Source: Eledone cirrhosa
Lineage: Eukaryota
Assembly: GCA_964016885.1 (NCBI GenBank)
Contig: OZ024746.1
Span: forward strand, 77,562,001 to 77,626,000
Direction: 5' to 3'
DNA: 64,000 nucleotides
The notes beneath the pieces were generated by a model. It saw only the letters and a list, made by a program, of their open reading frames with translations. It searched no databases and was not told the DNA's origin. Within the stretch, counting starts at the first letter, position 1. Every line of letters starts with the position of its first letter. A program made the translations under genes and the position numbers. Below are positions 12,058 through 23,989 of this stretch, in pieces.

Positions 12058-12662
12058 ATATATAATTGCAAGCAGGGAAAAGCAGACGTAAAATGATGAT
12101 GATGATGATATATATATGTATACGTATACGTACACATGCACACACACATTGGTGATATAAGAGCTTCAGTAAAAATATATTTTACCTGCCAAACAGTTTT
12201 TTTTTGTCTGCCTATTTTGAAGTACAAATAATTTAAACAATAGCAAATTTATCAATTTACTATATTTTTTTTCTTTTCATTTATAAATATTAATCTATCT
12301 TTTCCTATATTTCCTGTATTTATTTACTTAGCTATTTATAAAATTCACTTTCTTCACACCAGCAAGAATGTAGAGATGAAAATTTATTGTCTGTACAGTG
12401 TCATTTTCTTCTTTTTTTTATTTTTTTATTTTTTTTTCACCGTCCTTTTATTTAAAATTGTTTATTTTTACTAAATATAAAATATGTCTTTCTCTCTCTC
12501 TCTCTCCCCCTCTCCCCCCCCTCTCTCTCTCTGTGTTTTCTTAGATCTTGACTTCTTTTTCATTTCCATCCAGTAGTATTGTGTGTGTGTGTGTGTGTTT
12601 AGATATCATCACCATCTAACATTTGTTTTTCTTGGCTGGATGGGCCATAACACACACACACA

Positions 12663-12704
<42 letters not shown>

Positions 12705-12835
12705 TATATGGTAGACTGAATACATACGTGTGTGTGTTTTTTCTTCCCCATTTTCTTTTCCTCATTTTTCTCCATTCCTTCCTCTTATCAATATTTACTT
12801 TCTCTTTATCTTCTATTATTATTTCTAACTCTAAC

Positions 12836-13024
12836 GGGGGGGGTGGATTGGCAGTATCGGTAGAGGGTCGGACGCCATGCTTTCCAGCATAGTTACGTCC
12901 CTTTACGATCTGAGTTCAAATCCCGCCGAGGTTGACTTTGCCTTTCATCCTTACGGGGTCGATAAAATAAAGTACCAGTAATGAACTGGGTATTTGCTGG
13001 CCTTGTGCCTAAAGTAGAAACAAT
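12836..13024 (+). mobile_element. SINE-A, young, with TSD
   Basis: A-box TGGCAGTATCGG, B-box GAGTTCAAATCC, core TTTGCCTTTCATCCTTACGGGGTCGATAAAATAAAGTACCAG. ATTATTTCTAACTCTA present on both sides. Confidence 0.9.
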
Positions 13025-13041
13025 TATTATTTCTAACTCTA

Positions 13042-13150
13042 TCAAATCCCGCCAAGGTTAACTTTGCCTTTCATCCTTACGGGGTCGATAAAATAAAGTA
13101 CCAGTAATGTACTGGGTAATTGCTGGCCTTGTGCCAAAAGTAGAAACAAT
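13042..13150 (+). mobile_element. 5'-truncated SINE-A (different variant) stacked in the same target site
   Basis: Begins at CAAATCCCGCCAAGGTTAAC, differs at several positions from 12836-13024, and is followed by a third ATTATTTCTAACTCTA. Confidence 0.85.
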
Positions 13151-13164
13151 TATTTCTAACTCTA

Positions 13165-13200
13165 TTTTCTGACGAAGGACTAGTGTCTGAAATGTTAAAA
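13165..13200 (+). ncRNA. decayed minimal type I hammerhead motif (Penelope pLTR-like)
   Basis: TTTT-CTGACGA-A-GGAC-TAGT-GTCT-GAAA-TGT-TA-AAA. Core and stem II present; GAAATGT is plausibly CpG-decayed GAAACGT. Confidence 0.45.
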
Positions 13201-13342
13201 CTCTCTTCTTGCTATTTCAAGTGTTAAGCTAATATATTTCTTCTATGTACTGTGCCAGTTGTTTTGTTATTTCTGTTTACCTTTTACACGCACACACACA
13301 CACATACACACACACACATATATATATATATATCATCATCAT

Positions 13343-14142
13343 CATTTAATGGATATTGTTCATGATTGCATGGTTTAGACAGGCTATCACATTATGAGAT
13401 AAGTCTGGTCAGGTGACCAACGTTTTGCTCATATGGAGTTGTATTTCGTCTTGGTTTCTAGGGCAGGATACCCTTCCTAATGCCAAACACATTACAGTGT
13501 GGACCGGGTGCTTTTTATTGTGACACCAAAACAACCATCTAACAGGGTGGACTAAGTGCTTTTTTGTTGTATCATCAGCATGACCACCTTATAGAGTGAA
13601 TTGGGTGCTTTTTTTTTGTGGCACCAGATTAGCATGCAGGGTGGACTGAGTGGTTTTTTTTTCCGCCATGGTAATGGCATTGTGGGATTTCAGATGTAGA
13701 GCATGTCCAGCTTTCATAGTTGGGCAGGAGGGGTGTATTAAAGGTAAGGTTGAGATGCATGGGATATTTAGCTGGTGAGGGCAGAGTATTAAGACTGGGG
13801 AGGGCGAATGGGGAGAGGTGAAGAGAAAAGTGTAGACATATATATATAGGGTAAAAGCTTCCTTTGGTCATGAGTTTTGCTTCTAAAAAGTTCCCTCCAT
13901 GGCACAATCCCCACCAAAGTGTTTTTGCCGGGGACCAGCAGTTGCCCATGCATACTAGTCTCCCCTCTCAGTGCCATCGATACAGCTTGGCACCAGTGAT
14001 GTCACAACTCATTTCTACGGCTGAGTGAACTGGAGCAATGTGAAATAAAGTGTCTTGCTCAAGGACACAACGCATCACAATGCATTTCCTGGTTGGGAAT
14101 TGAATCCCTTGTAAATCCAGCTCTTTAAACCACTAAGCCATG
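13343..14142 (-). mobile_element. old SINE-B copy with tandem module repeats and an internal insert
   Basis: (CAT)n tail at 13333, GGATACCCTTCCTAATGCC, about 4 module repeats at 13490-13670, and head GGAGCAATGTGAAATAAAGTGTCTTGCTCAAGG...CCACTAAGCCA at 14030-14141. Confidence 0.65.
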
Positions 14143-14211
<69 letters not shown>

Positions 14212-14329
14212 TAGGTGATTCAGTAAATTACTGGTGGTGGTCCTTGAGCCAATTATTTGTCAAATGTGCTCAATAAAAGCATAAACATGTAAACAAAACT
14301 TATTTTTTTCCCTCCTTATCACACACACA

Positions 14330-14377
<48 letters not shown>

Positions 14378-14840
14378 CACACACACATCTGCTTATTTCA
14401 AAATATAATTCTTGTTTTCCTTCAGTATTTCATTCACATTTTTTACATTCATTTGTTTGTTTGCATATTTTTTTTTTTTCACAATATGCTATTTCTTCAT
14501 GTTTGTTGTTGTTGTTGTTGTTGTTGTTGCTTGTTCAGTAATATCTGTGTTGTCGTCTGTCTATGAAATGGAGTTTACAGCTGACTCCAATGCAGCTTTA
14601 ACTGGTTTTCGACTAGGTTGAATCTCATAGGAGGTTTCTTAGGTGTTAAATGATAGGAGTGCCAGTGCTGTTTGTTGTTTGTTGTTGTAGTTCACACCTA
14701 TGTAGGTTTAGCTAGTCTCCCCAGAGGTTGCATCCACCTCATATAAGGTTTTTCAGATGTTTTAATGATTTGGACCCCAATGTTCTTGTTACAGTTTAAC
14801 CCTGTGTAGGTTTAGCTGGCCTTATATAAGGTTGCAGCCA

Positions 14841-15460
14841 TCTATATATATAAAACTGAGGATGTCTGTCTGTGTGTGTGTGTCGAGAAGTACCCAACCG
14901 ATTTTTTTCAAACTTTACATGTGAATAACTTATGTTTCAGGGAGTGCTATGCACATAAAAAATTCAACTTTTTGATCCTCTTGGGATCTTTGGGCCCGCA
15001 TTAGGTTGAAAAACAGTGTTTTTTCAGCTTTTTAGGAGTTTTTTGAGGCGTTACACCAGACCGATTTCCTTGAAATTGTAACTATGTATTAGGCAGTCTC
15101 TTCTTCATACCGTGAGCAAAGAAAATCCAACTTTTTTATGGCCTAGGGCCCGCATTAGGTGAAAAACTTCATTTTTTCAGCTTTTTATGGCTTTTTTGAG
15201 GCCGATTTTCCCAAAATTTCAAGGCATATTATGCACATAAAAAAAAATTCATTTTCTTGATCCCCTAGGGTCCGCATTAGGTGAAAACCTCCATTTTTCC
15301 TGCTTCATCAAGGAAAATCTTAAAGATTATCCAGCCATCAGAGTATTCGGTTTATTTTCTTTACATATTGTCCGGACATGCAGTTTTTCTATGATTAGGT
15401 CTGTTGGCGGCCCGTGTTCCAAAATACCTTATCCCGTGCAACACCGGGTACCACTGCTAG
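14841..15460 (+). mobile_element. complete non-autonomous Helitron-like element (620 bp)
   Basis: Starts TC(TATATATATAAAA) after A, ends CTAG before T, subterminal hairpin CCCG-TGCAACAC-CGGG at 15433-15448, no TSD. The joined flanks GGTTGCAGCCA|TCTAATATAAGGCTTCTCAGATGT match the uninterrupted paralogous unit at ~14726-14760. Confidence 0.85.
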
Positions 15461-16055
15461 TCTAATATAAGGCTTCTCAGATGTTATAAGGATAGGGACT
15501 CTAGTGTTTTTGTTGTTTTTGTTACAGTCCACACCTGCTGAAGTCTACATTGCCATTCATCTTGTTAGGGGTCGATAAAGAAAGTATGAGACTAGTGCTA
15601 GTGTAGCCCTCTCTCCTCTCCTTCCAGCTCTTACATCCTGGATGTTTTTCTGGATCAAGGTAGGAAAGAAGGATTGCAGGGATGTGTGTGTCTGCTAGTG
15701 ACTGCATGGCTCCCTAAAAACCTTAGTGGAAACATGTTAAAAATTACCAAACCATACCTGATTGTGAGTAATGGCTGTATTTTTGTTTCTTCAATACAGT
15801 GTGTGTTCTATCATGTTAACTTTGTCTTGCAAAGTTCAGGGTCTGTTGTAAGGATTAACAAACCTTAAATAAAGGCTTGGTCATGTGTTGCTGGTATCAA
15901 CTGTAATCTCTCACTGAGTAGATTACCGCAGTGGTGTTAATCCTTTCAAAGAACAATCAAGGGTTAATTCAATCATTGCCATACCACACCACCATTCAAT
16001 GCAATGAGAGGGAAGCAAGTTAATTGGCCGTGATAGGGGTATGTATATATGTGTG

Positions 16056-16394
16056 TCATCATCATTTCATTTTAAGTCCGCTTTTCCCTGCTTACAAGGG
16101 TGGGACGGGAACTGATTCTGGCTTGATTTCTACAGCTGGATGCCCTTCCTAACACCAACCTCATTTTCAGTGAGTGCTGGGTGCTTTTTTTTCCGTGGCG
16201 CCTCCACGTCCACTTTACAGTGGAATGATAGGGACCCCCAGTCCCTATCATCTCATTTCTACAGCTGAGTAAACTGGAGCAATGTGAAATAAAGTGTCTT
16301 GCTCAAGGAAACAACACATCACCCGGTCTGAGAATTGAACTCACAACCTTTCGATTGCAAGGCCAATGCTCTGACCACTAAGCCATGTGCCTCC
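16056..16394 (-). mobile_element. SINE-B, young full-length
   Basis: Reverse complement of 24946-25277 including tRNA head and (GAT)n tail. Confidence 0.9.
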
Positions 16395-16649
16395 ATATGT
16401 GTATATATATATATTTATATATATATATAACTCTGCTGGACTGCGCTGGCCGTTAGCTTTTCAATATTCATAGCTAGAAGGCTTTCCAAATGTTTATTTG
16501 TAAACATAGTGTATATCATTAGATATACAAAATTCACATGCTTACATGTATACAGCTATGTTGAAGCGAAAATTTTAATATATATATACATACACGCACA
16601 CACACATCATCATCATTTTACGTCCGTTTTTCCCTGCTTGTAAGGGTGG

Positions 16650-16693
<44 letters not shown>

Positions 16694-18571
16694 AGCTGGT
16701 CAGGGAGCCAGGATGTTAATTTCTACTTGGGTTCCTTAGTGGTAAGTAAGGGGTTACATGTACATATACTGAGTTGAGAGAGTGTGCTGCTGAGGTTCCA
16801 TGGCTCCATGAGGAATCTGTGTGGTGTTGCTTGAGTTGATGTTGTAAAGACTAATTACAGATAGCAACAGGGGTGAGGGGAAATTTGTTATTCTCATCAT
16901 CAAACCATGGCTGGCAATGTTTCTCATCTTTGCTGGGGTTTTTTTTTTCCCCTCTCCACCTCCCTCTCATAGGCCCACTTCCTTGAGATAGTAAATAGAA
17001 ATTGAGCAGATATGAAGTAAGTAGGGGGTTAAAGAGGAAAATCATTTATGTAGCATAAGAAGCAGATTTGTGGCGGTGGTGGTGGTGGTGGTGGTGTGTG
17101 GTGGTGGTGGTGGATGGTGGTGGTGTGGTGAGAGTGGTGGTTGTGATGATGATGGTGATGGTGTTGGTGGCAGTAGCGTTTGCTGGTGATGATGACAATG
17201 GTATTGTTGGTTTTGATGGGTGTGGTGGTGGTGATGATGATGATGATGATGATGGCAGTAGTGGTAGTGGTATTGGTATTGGTGTTGGTGGTGGTAGTGG
17301 TGGCGGTTGTGGTGTTTGGTTGAGATGTGGAGAGGAGATGAGAGAGGAAATATAACTTACTGTCAGTGTTGCACTGAAACCTGACAAGCTGAGAACTAAG
17401 ATATAATTACCATTCCACACATAGAAGCTGTGAAGTTTTTGACAGGGTGGGGATGAGGGCAGAGGGCCAGGAGAAAGGTGGAATTGGGTGGGTGGGAGAA
17501 AGTTGGGAAGGGGTGGGCAGAAGAAAGATAGAAAGGGGTGGGTAGAAGAAAGATGGAAAATTGGTTGGAAGAAAGATGGTAAGGGGTGGGTGAGTGGGCA
17601 GAAGAAAGAAGGGAAGGTGGGAACTAGGAGAAAGCTAGAAGGGGTGGAGGGAATATGCTAAAAATAGAGGGGGGAGACGGGGGTCAGAAGGCCAGGAAAA
17701 GATGGAAGGAGTTGTTTCTTTTGAGATTATTTGGAAAAATTGCTGTTTTAGTGATTAGCATTAAACATTTCTTTTATTTGCACCCCCCCCCCTCCCTGCC
17801 ACCCTCCTCACATTTAAAAATATTCTATTTGGTTGATGCTGCTGCTTACAATTTAATGTTGTTGTTGCTGTAGTAGTTGTGGTGGTGGTAGTAGTGATTT
17901 CTAGTAGTGGTGGTGGTGGTGGTGGTGGTGGTGGTGGTGGTGGTAGTAGTAGTGATTTTCTATTAGTAGTAGTAGGGATTTCTAGTAGTGGTAGTAGTAG
18001 TGGTGGTGGTGGTGGTGGTGGTAGCAGCAGTACTACTAATCTTCACACTTTGTTTTTCTGTTGTCTTTTACTCTCTCTTTCCCTCACCCCTTCCACTTTC
18101 TTTCCTTTTGTCCTTTTTCCCACCACCACCACCACCATTGCAAAACCTATCATGCACTGCATGGTGCAGTTGTATTTGAGTACATTACCACCACCACAGC
18201 ACCAACAACACCAACAACAACACTACCATTCAGTCTGTGAGAAGTGTCCCTTAAGAAGACATCCTCTCTTCTTCCCCTCCACTCTCCAACACCCCCACTG
18301 TTGCAACAGAGGCAATGAACTGATGAGAGCTGATGTATTATTAATTTAGACTCCTGGGTATCTCTCTCTCTCTCTCTCTCTCTCCCCACCTATCTGTCTA
18401 TCACTATCTCTCTCTCTCTACCTATCTGTCTGTCAGTATCTCTCTCTATCTCTCCCTACCTACCTATCTGTCTATTGCTATCTCTGTCTGTCAGTCTCTC
18501 TCTCTTTCTCTCTCTCTCTCATTATTTCTTCCATCTATTTCTCACCATTCTCTATCACTTTTCTCTGTCTC

Positions 18572-18607
18572 TATAAGTAGCTCTAGATGAAGAATCTACC
18601 TACCTAC

Positions 18608-18686
<79 letters not shown>

Positions 18687-18739
18687 CTTTGTCTGTATAT
18701 AAGTAGATCTAGATGAGGAATCTATCTATCACCCCCCCC

Positions 18740-18778
<39 letters not shown>

Positions 18779-18960
18779 AAAGTAGCTCTAGATGAAGAAT
18801 CAATCAATCTATCACGCCTCCCCCTCTCTCTCTCTCTGTCTATAAGTAGATCTAGATGAGCAATCTATCTATCTATCACCCCTCTGTCTCTCCCCCTCCT
18901 CTCTGCCCCCTCCCCCTCTCTCTCTGTCTCTGTCTATAAGTAGCTCTAGATGAAGAAGTC
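18572..18960. repeat. five ~26-bp repeats separated by variable microsatellite spacers
   Basis: TATAAGTAG(C/A)TCTAGATGA(A/G)(G/C)AATC at 18572, 18698, ~18777, 18841 and 18935. Confidence 0.85.
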
Positions 18961-19069
18961 AGATAAAGAGAGAACATGGTGAGATTGTTGAGACAGTTGT
19001 CCTTCACTACTTTCTCTCATCTTGATAAACAGTTCATCTTTCTTTCTTCATCAATGTCTACTTTGTTGT

Positions 19070-19490
19070 TTTGGATATTGTTGATGTGAGAGACTCACAT
19101 GCTGGTGGCTGCAGTGGTGGTGGTGGTGATGGCGATGGTGGTGGTGGTTGTGGTGGTGGTGATGATGATGTTGTTGGTGATTGTGGTGATTGTGGTGATG
19201 ATCATGTTGGGGGTGAGGGTAGTGTTGATGTGAGAGACTCACAGTGGTGGTGGCTGCAGTGGTGGTGGTGGTGATGGCGATGGTGGTGGTGGTTGTGGTG
19301 GTGATGATGATGTTGTTGGTGATTGTGGTGATTGTGGTGATGATCATGTTGGGGGTGAGGGTAGTGTTGATGTGAGAGACTCACAGTGGTGGTGGCTGCA
19401 GTGGTATTGGTGATGGCGATGGTGGTTGTGGTGGTGGTGATGATCATGTTGGGGGTGAGGGTAGTGTTGATGATGGTGGGGTGATGGTTG
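19070..19490. repeat. ~140-bp tandem repeat built on (GGT)n
   Basis: GTTGATGTGAGAGACTCAC and ATCATGTTGGGGGTGAGGGTAG each recur three times. Confidence 0.85.
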
Positions 19491-19688
19491 GAGTGATGCT
19501 GGTGGTATTAGTGATATTGGTGAAGGTTTTTTCATGGGGCTGAGCTGTACCATTAAAAATTTCCTCACCATATGAAATTAATTATAAATTCACACTGAGT
19601 ACTCATTTTTCATACCAAACAACTTGATACTGCCTCTGGCTTTGTCATACAAAACTGTTTGTAATAAAACAAGATAATGAATGCAGAT

Positions 19689-19952
19689 AATAATTGTTTC
19701 TACGTTAGGCACAAGGCCAGCAATAGCCTAGTACATTACTGGTACTTTATTTTATCGACCCCGTAAGGATGAAAGGCAAAGTTAACCTTGACGGAATTTG
19801 AACCCATACCGTAAAGGGCCATAACTCTGTGCTGCAAAGCATGGCGTCTGACCCTAATAATAATTGTTTCTACTTTTGGCACAAGGCCATCAAATACCCA
19901 GTACATTACTGGTACTTTACTGGTACAGTATCTACCGATACTGCCAATCGAC
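19689..19952 (-). mobile_element. two stacked SINE-A copies
   Basis: Two AATTGTTTCTAC..GGCACAAGGCCA tails at ~19692 and ~19862; the second copy is internally deleted. Confidence 0.8.
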
Positions 19953-20500
19953 TGCGTTCATAATATTAGATAATAAGAGACTTATTTATATTACTAAATC
20001 TCTCAATTCTTTCATTAGAAATCGGGTAAGAAATTGATATATAGTTTTGAGAAAAAAAAAAAGCACGCATGACTAAGTCTTTAGAATATAAATTCAAAAT
20101 AAAGGGTACACAGGGCAAAGACAATGGAAAAAAAACAACAGAAAGGTCAGTCCCATCTCCACAGCCAACCCTTGGGAATCACTATAGTTAAGGTTGATAC
20201 CATTTATTTCAGTGCACATTCGGGCGCAACAAAATAGGTAGAGACAAATTATGCCTTTAGGTGACTTATACAAATATAGAAGAAAAAGTATCCCAAGTGT
20301 GTCAATTTACAAAGAAGGGAGAGAGCAGTGTGCGAGAGCTTAGGCAAAGAAGAAAACTATAGAAAGGGGGGAAATCATTATCTGTGCATTTTAAAGTGAA
20401 GATTCCTCAAAAGCCAGTGCCAATTTTTTTCTGTGTCAAATTCAAATGTGGTACCTTAGACAAAATATAATTTACTAGTGGAAAAAAAAAAAAGATATAG

Positions 20501-20532
20501 GCCCTGATGAGCTCAAGTGAAATTAGGTTGAC
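20501..20532 (+). ncRNA. decayed minimal hammerhead motif
   Basis: GCC-CTGATGA-GCTCAAGT-GAAA-TTAG-GTT-GAC. Reverting four transitions gives GCC-CTGATGA-GC-TCAA-GC-GAAA-CTAG-GTC-GGC with a palindromic helix III. Confidence 0.35.
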
Positions 20533-20629
20533 ATAAACTAATTACAAGACTGCCAGAAGGATTATATTTAAAATTCAGTAGGCCGGCCTTGAAACACTCT
20601 GTCTCCTGTTCAATGAATGTCCTTGATTA

Positions 20630-20780
20630 ATTAAGTTAAGGGCACATGTGTCCGAGGAGTACTCAGCCACTTAGACATTAATTTAACACATGGACACTTC
20701 ATTTGTGTAACAACAAGAACACTTGGAATTTAAAACCATGGACATATATTATCATCTCGTTGGTATAAAGACATGGGCAA
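20630..20780 (+). mobile_element. SINE-C 3' fragment
   Basis: TTAAGGGCACATGTGTCCGAGGAGTACTCAGCCACTT..ATTAATTT is shared with 23850-23910, 11860-11950 and 63410-63560 (-). Confidence 0.55.
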
Positions 20781-21046
20781 CTCCTACTACAAATGTTCTT
20801 GAAAACTTCAATCAGCTCTATTTATCAGAATTCTCCCCCTTGTTTGCTTCTCATGATCTGAGCACCCTTAATGTGTGTGTGTGTGGGGGGGGGGGGGATC
20901 TTGGTATTGAAATTGTAAGGATAGTTTCAGTTCATTGAGGAATTATTTTTCCACTCCACATATTCAGAATGTCAGACTCTACTTACACACTCGTACACAC
21001 ACACACATATGTGTGTGTATAGGCATATACATATATATATACACAC

Positions 21047-21111
<65 letters not shown>

Positions 21112-21196
21112 ACGAAGGAAGTCTGGTAAGGAACCAGATGCATCCAGAAATAGCCGTCGAAACGGCTTGAGCTCTGCCATCGGGGTTAAACATTTT

Positions 21197-21258
<62 letters not shown>

Positions 21259-21279
21259 CACATACATACACACATATAA

Positions 21280-21310
<31 letters not shown>

Positions 21311-21343
21311 TATATATACATACATACACACACACATACATAC

Positions 21344-21407
<64 letters not shown>

Positions 21408-21550
21408 TATAGTTGAGCAACTACACATTTTTTTCTCTCAAAAAAATTACTATTGTTGGGAGCAATTATTTAGAGGTTCTTTTAGAGTCTGGAACTATAA
21501 ATGCCATTATTAGGAAATATGCTATTGGAATGAGTCTGTAGGAATAAAAC

Positions 21551-21630
<80 letters not shown>

Positions 21631-21881
21631 CGCAAGAATGCAGATATATATATATATATACATACACACACACACACTTATATAATAGTAATAATAATAA
21701 TGGAATATTTTTTTCGATTTGAGATGTATATTTTGGAATAGGGTTTAAAAATCAATATTTTAGCTTAGAAAACAATGATCTATGTTCAATTGTGATGCTA
21801 TCGTTATGTAAGGAATTGTGTGTGTGTGTGTGCACATTTGTACATTTGTACAATCCTTACTCACCAAACACACACACACAC

Positions 21882-21933
<52 letters not shown>

Positions 21934-21984
21934 GACTCAGTTACTTCATTTTGATATATATATCTATATGTGTGTGTGTTGATA

Positions 21985-22041
<57 letters not shown>

Positions 22042-22046
22042 TGATA

Positions 22047-22091
<45 letters not shown>

Positions 22092-22232
22092 GTGTGTGTG
22101 TGGTGTGTGTATATATATATATATACGTTGTATGCCTACCTGTATATGTGCGCATCTATGTACAAAGGCTTGTCAGTGTATGGCTGTATGATCATGTGTG
22201 TATATATATGTGTGTGTCTGTGTGTGTGTCTG

Positions 22233-22288
<56 letters not shown>

Positions 22289-22433
22289 CATACATTCACA
22301 TACACACATGGGTGTGATTGTGTGTGTATGTGTATCAGTGCACACAGGTATATGTTTATGTATGCATGTCTGTATATATATATGTACACTCCCTCCACAT
22401 ATATAAACGATGATGTCAATATGTATGCATATG

Positions 22434-22467
<34 letters not shown>

Positions 22468-22971
22468 TATTAATATACACATATGTATGTTCATGCACAT
22501 TTGTGCCTTTTAAAACAAAATGCAATTAGATTTATTTAAAATGGAAGGGAAAAAAAATAGTAAATAAAATAAAACCTCAGAAGTTTGGTACATTTCAATT
22601 CCTCTTTTATGTTGTGTGTGCATTTGTGCACATGCATGAGTGCACTTGCATGTGTGTTTGCATGTCTATGTATTAGTGTGTGTGTGTGTGTGAATTAGTA
22701 TGTATGTGTATATGTATGTATGTGCAGATATTTGAATGCACGTATATGTATGTGTGGTGGTGGTGGTGGTGGTGGGGGAGAAAGAGAGATAAAACAATCA
22801 ATTTAATGATTGAGAGATGTTGCTCACCTCATATTTTGCCATGGGATCAGAGAGATTATATGGTAGTTAAGTTTGGGGGCTGGTGTGGCAAGGAGGTATG
22901 TAGTGAGGTAGAAGAATAGCATATATGTGTGTGTATAAAGAGAGAGGGAGAGAGAGAGATTGGAGATAGAT

Positions 22972-23017
<46 letters not shown>

Positions 23018-23355
23018 TATATATATTATATATATATTATATATATATTATATATATATAATAGACAGTGAGATAGATAGGTAAAAGTGTATATATATAT
23101 ATATAGAGAGAGAGACATTGAGGTAGATGACTGGATAGGTATTTCATTGACATTCTTCCCCAGTTGCTACATTACAGGAACATTCAATGTGTGGGGGAAT
23201 TTGTATTAATATTTTTTACACGCATACATATCTATACACATACACACATACATATTCTGTGTGAAAGAGTTGTTTCTATGTTAAAAACCGACTCTATTGC
23301 TGAAAAGTTATAAAATAATAAAACCAGAAGAACATACATACAAACACACACACAC

Positions 23356-23418
<63 letters not shown>

Positions 23419-23649
23419 TGGGGTGTATTTATTTATTATGTTTACTTACAACATAGTTAGTATGTTTCAGCAAAGCGGGCTGATAGTTAGTTTGCTGAAG
23501 CTTAGCAAACTATCAATTCACTTTACTGAAACATTATAGTTATGTTATAAGAAATATTGAGAAATAAACTTATAAATATGAATGAATAAAAAACATCTTT
23601 GGTAGTAAGTAAAGAAAGAAATTGAAGTAAAGGTTGTGTGTGTGTATAG

Positions 23650-23960
23650 GGTCGTTGGTTAGTGGTTAGGATGTTTGGCTCATTCTTGGATGGTTTTTGA
23701 GTTTGATTCCACACAGTGTAGTGTGTCACTGAGTTTAGAGACTATTTCTCATTACCCTAATCCACACATTTTGCCAAAAATGGGTTGGATATGTAATTCA
23801 AAGAGCCAGCTTTGTCACAAATTATGTCTCGCTAACTCTTCCTGAGAACTATTTTAAGGGTACAACTGTCTGTGGAATGTTAAACCACTTGCACATTAAC
23901 TTCATGAGTAGGTTATTGCTAGTAACACTCAACTACAACACCAAAGAGGTCGAACACAAC
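23650..23960 (+). mobile_element. SINE-C, old near full-length
   Basis: tRNA-like head GGTTAGTGGTTAGG..GAGTTTGATTCC, then GAGAACTATTTTAAGGGTACAACTGTCTGTGGAATG..CCACTTGCACATTAA. Confidence 0.6.
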
Positions 23961-23989
23961 TGTGTATACTATATATATATATATATATC

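Noticed and set aside
17359-17425. possible 67-nt minus-strand exon (CACAG|...GACA|GTAAGT)
   Set aside because: Peptide unrecognisable and no partner exons found; such site pairs occur by chance. Only RNA-seq could rescue it.
18572-18960. CRISPR-like repeat-spacer pattern
   Set aside because: Eukaryotic context, low-complexity spacers of unequal length, no cas genes.
21153-21166. apparent covariation GCCGT-CGAA-ACGGC vs GCTGT-CGAA-ACAGC (24110-24123)
   Set aside because: Both changes are CpG transitions (CG to TG and CG to CA), so they do not demonstrate structural selection.
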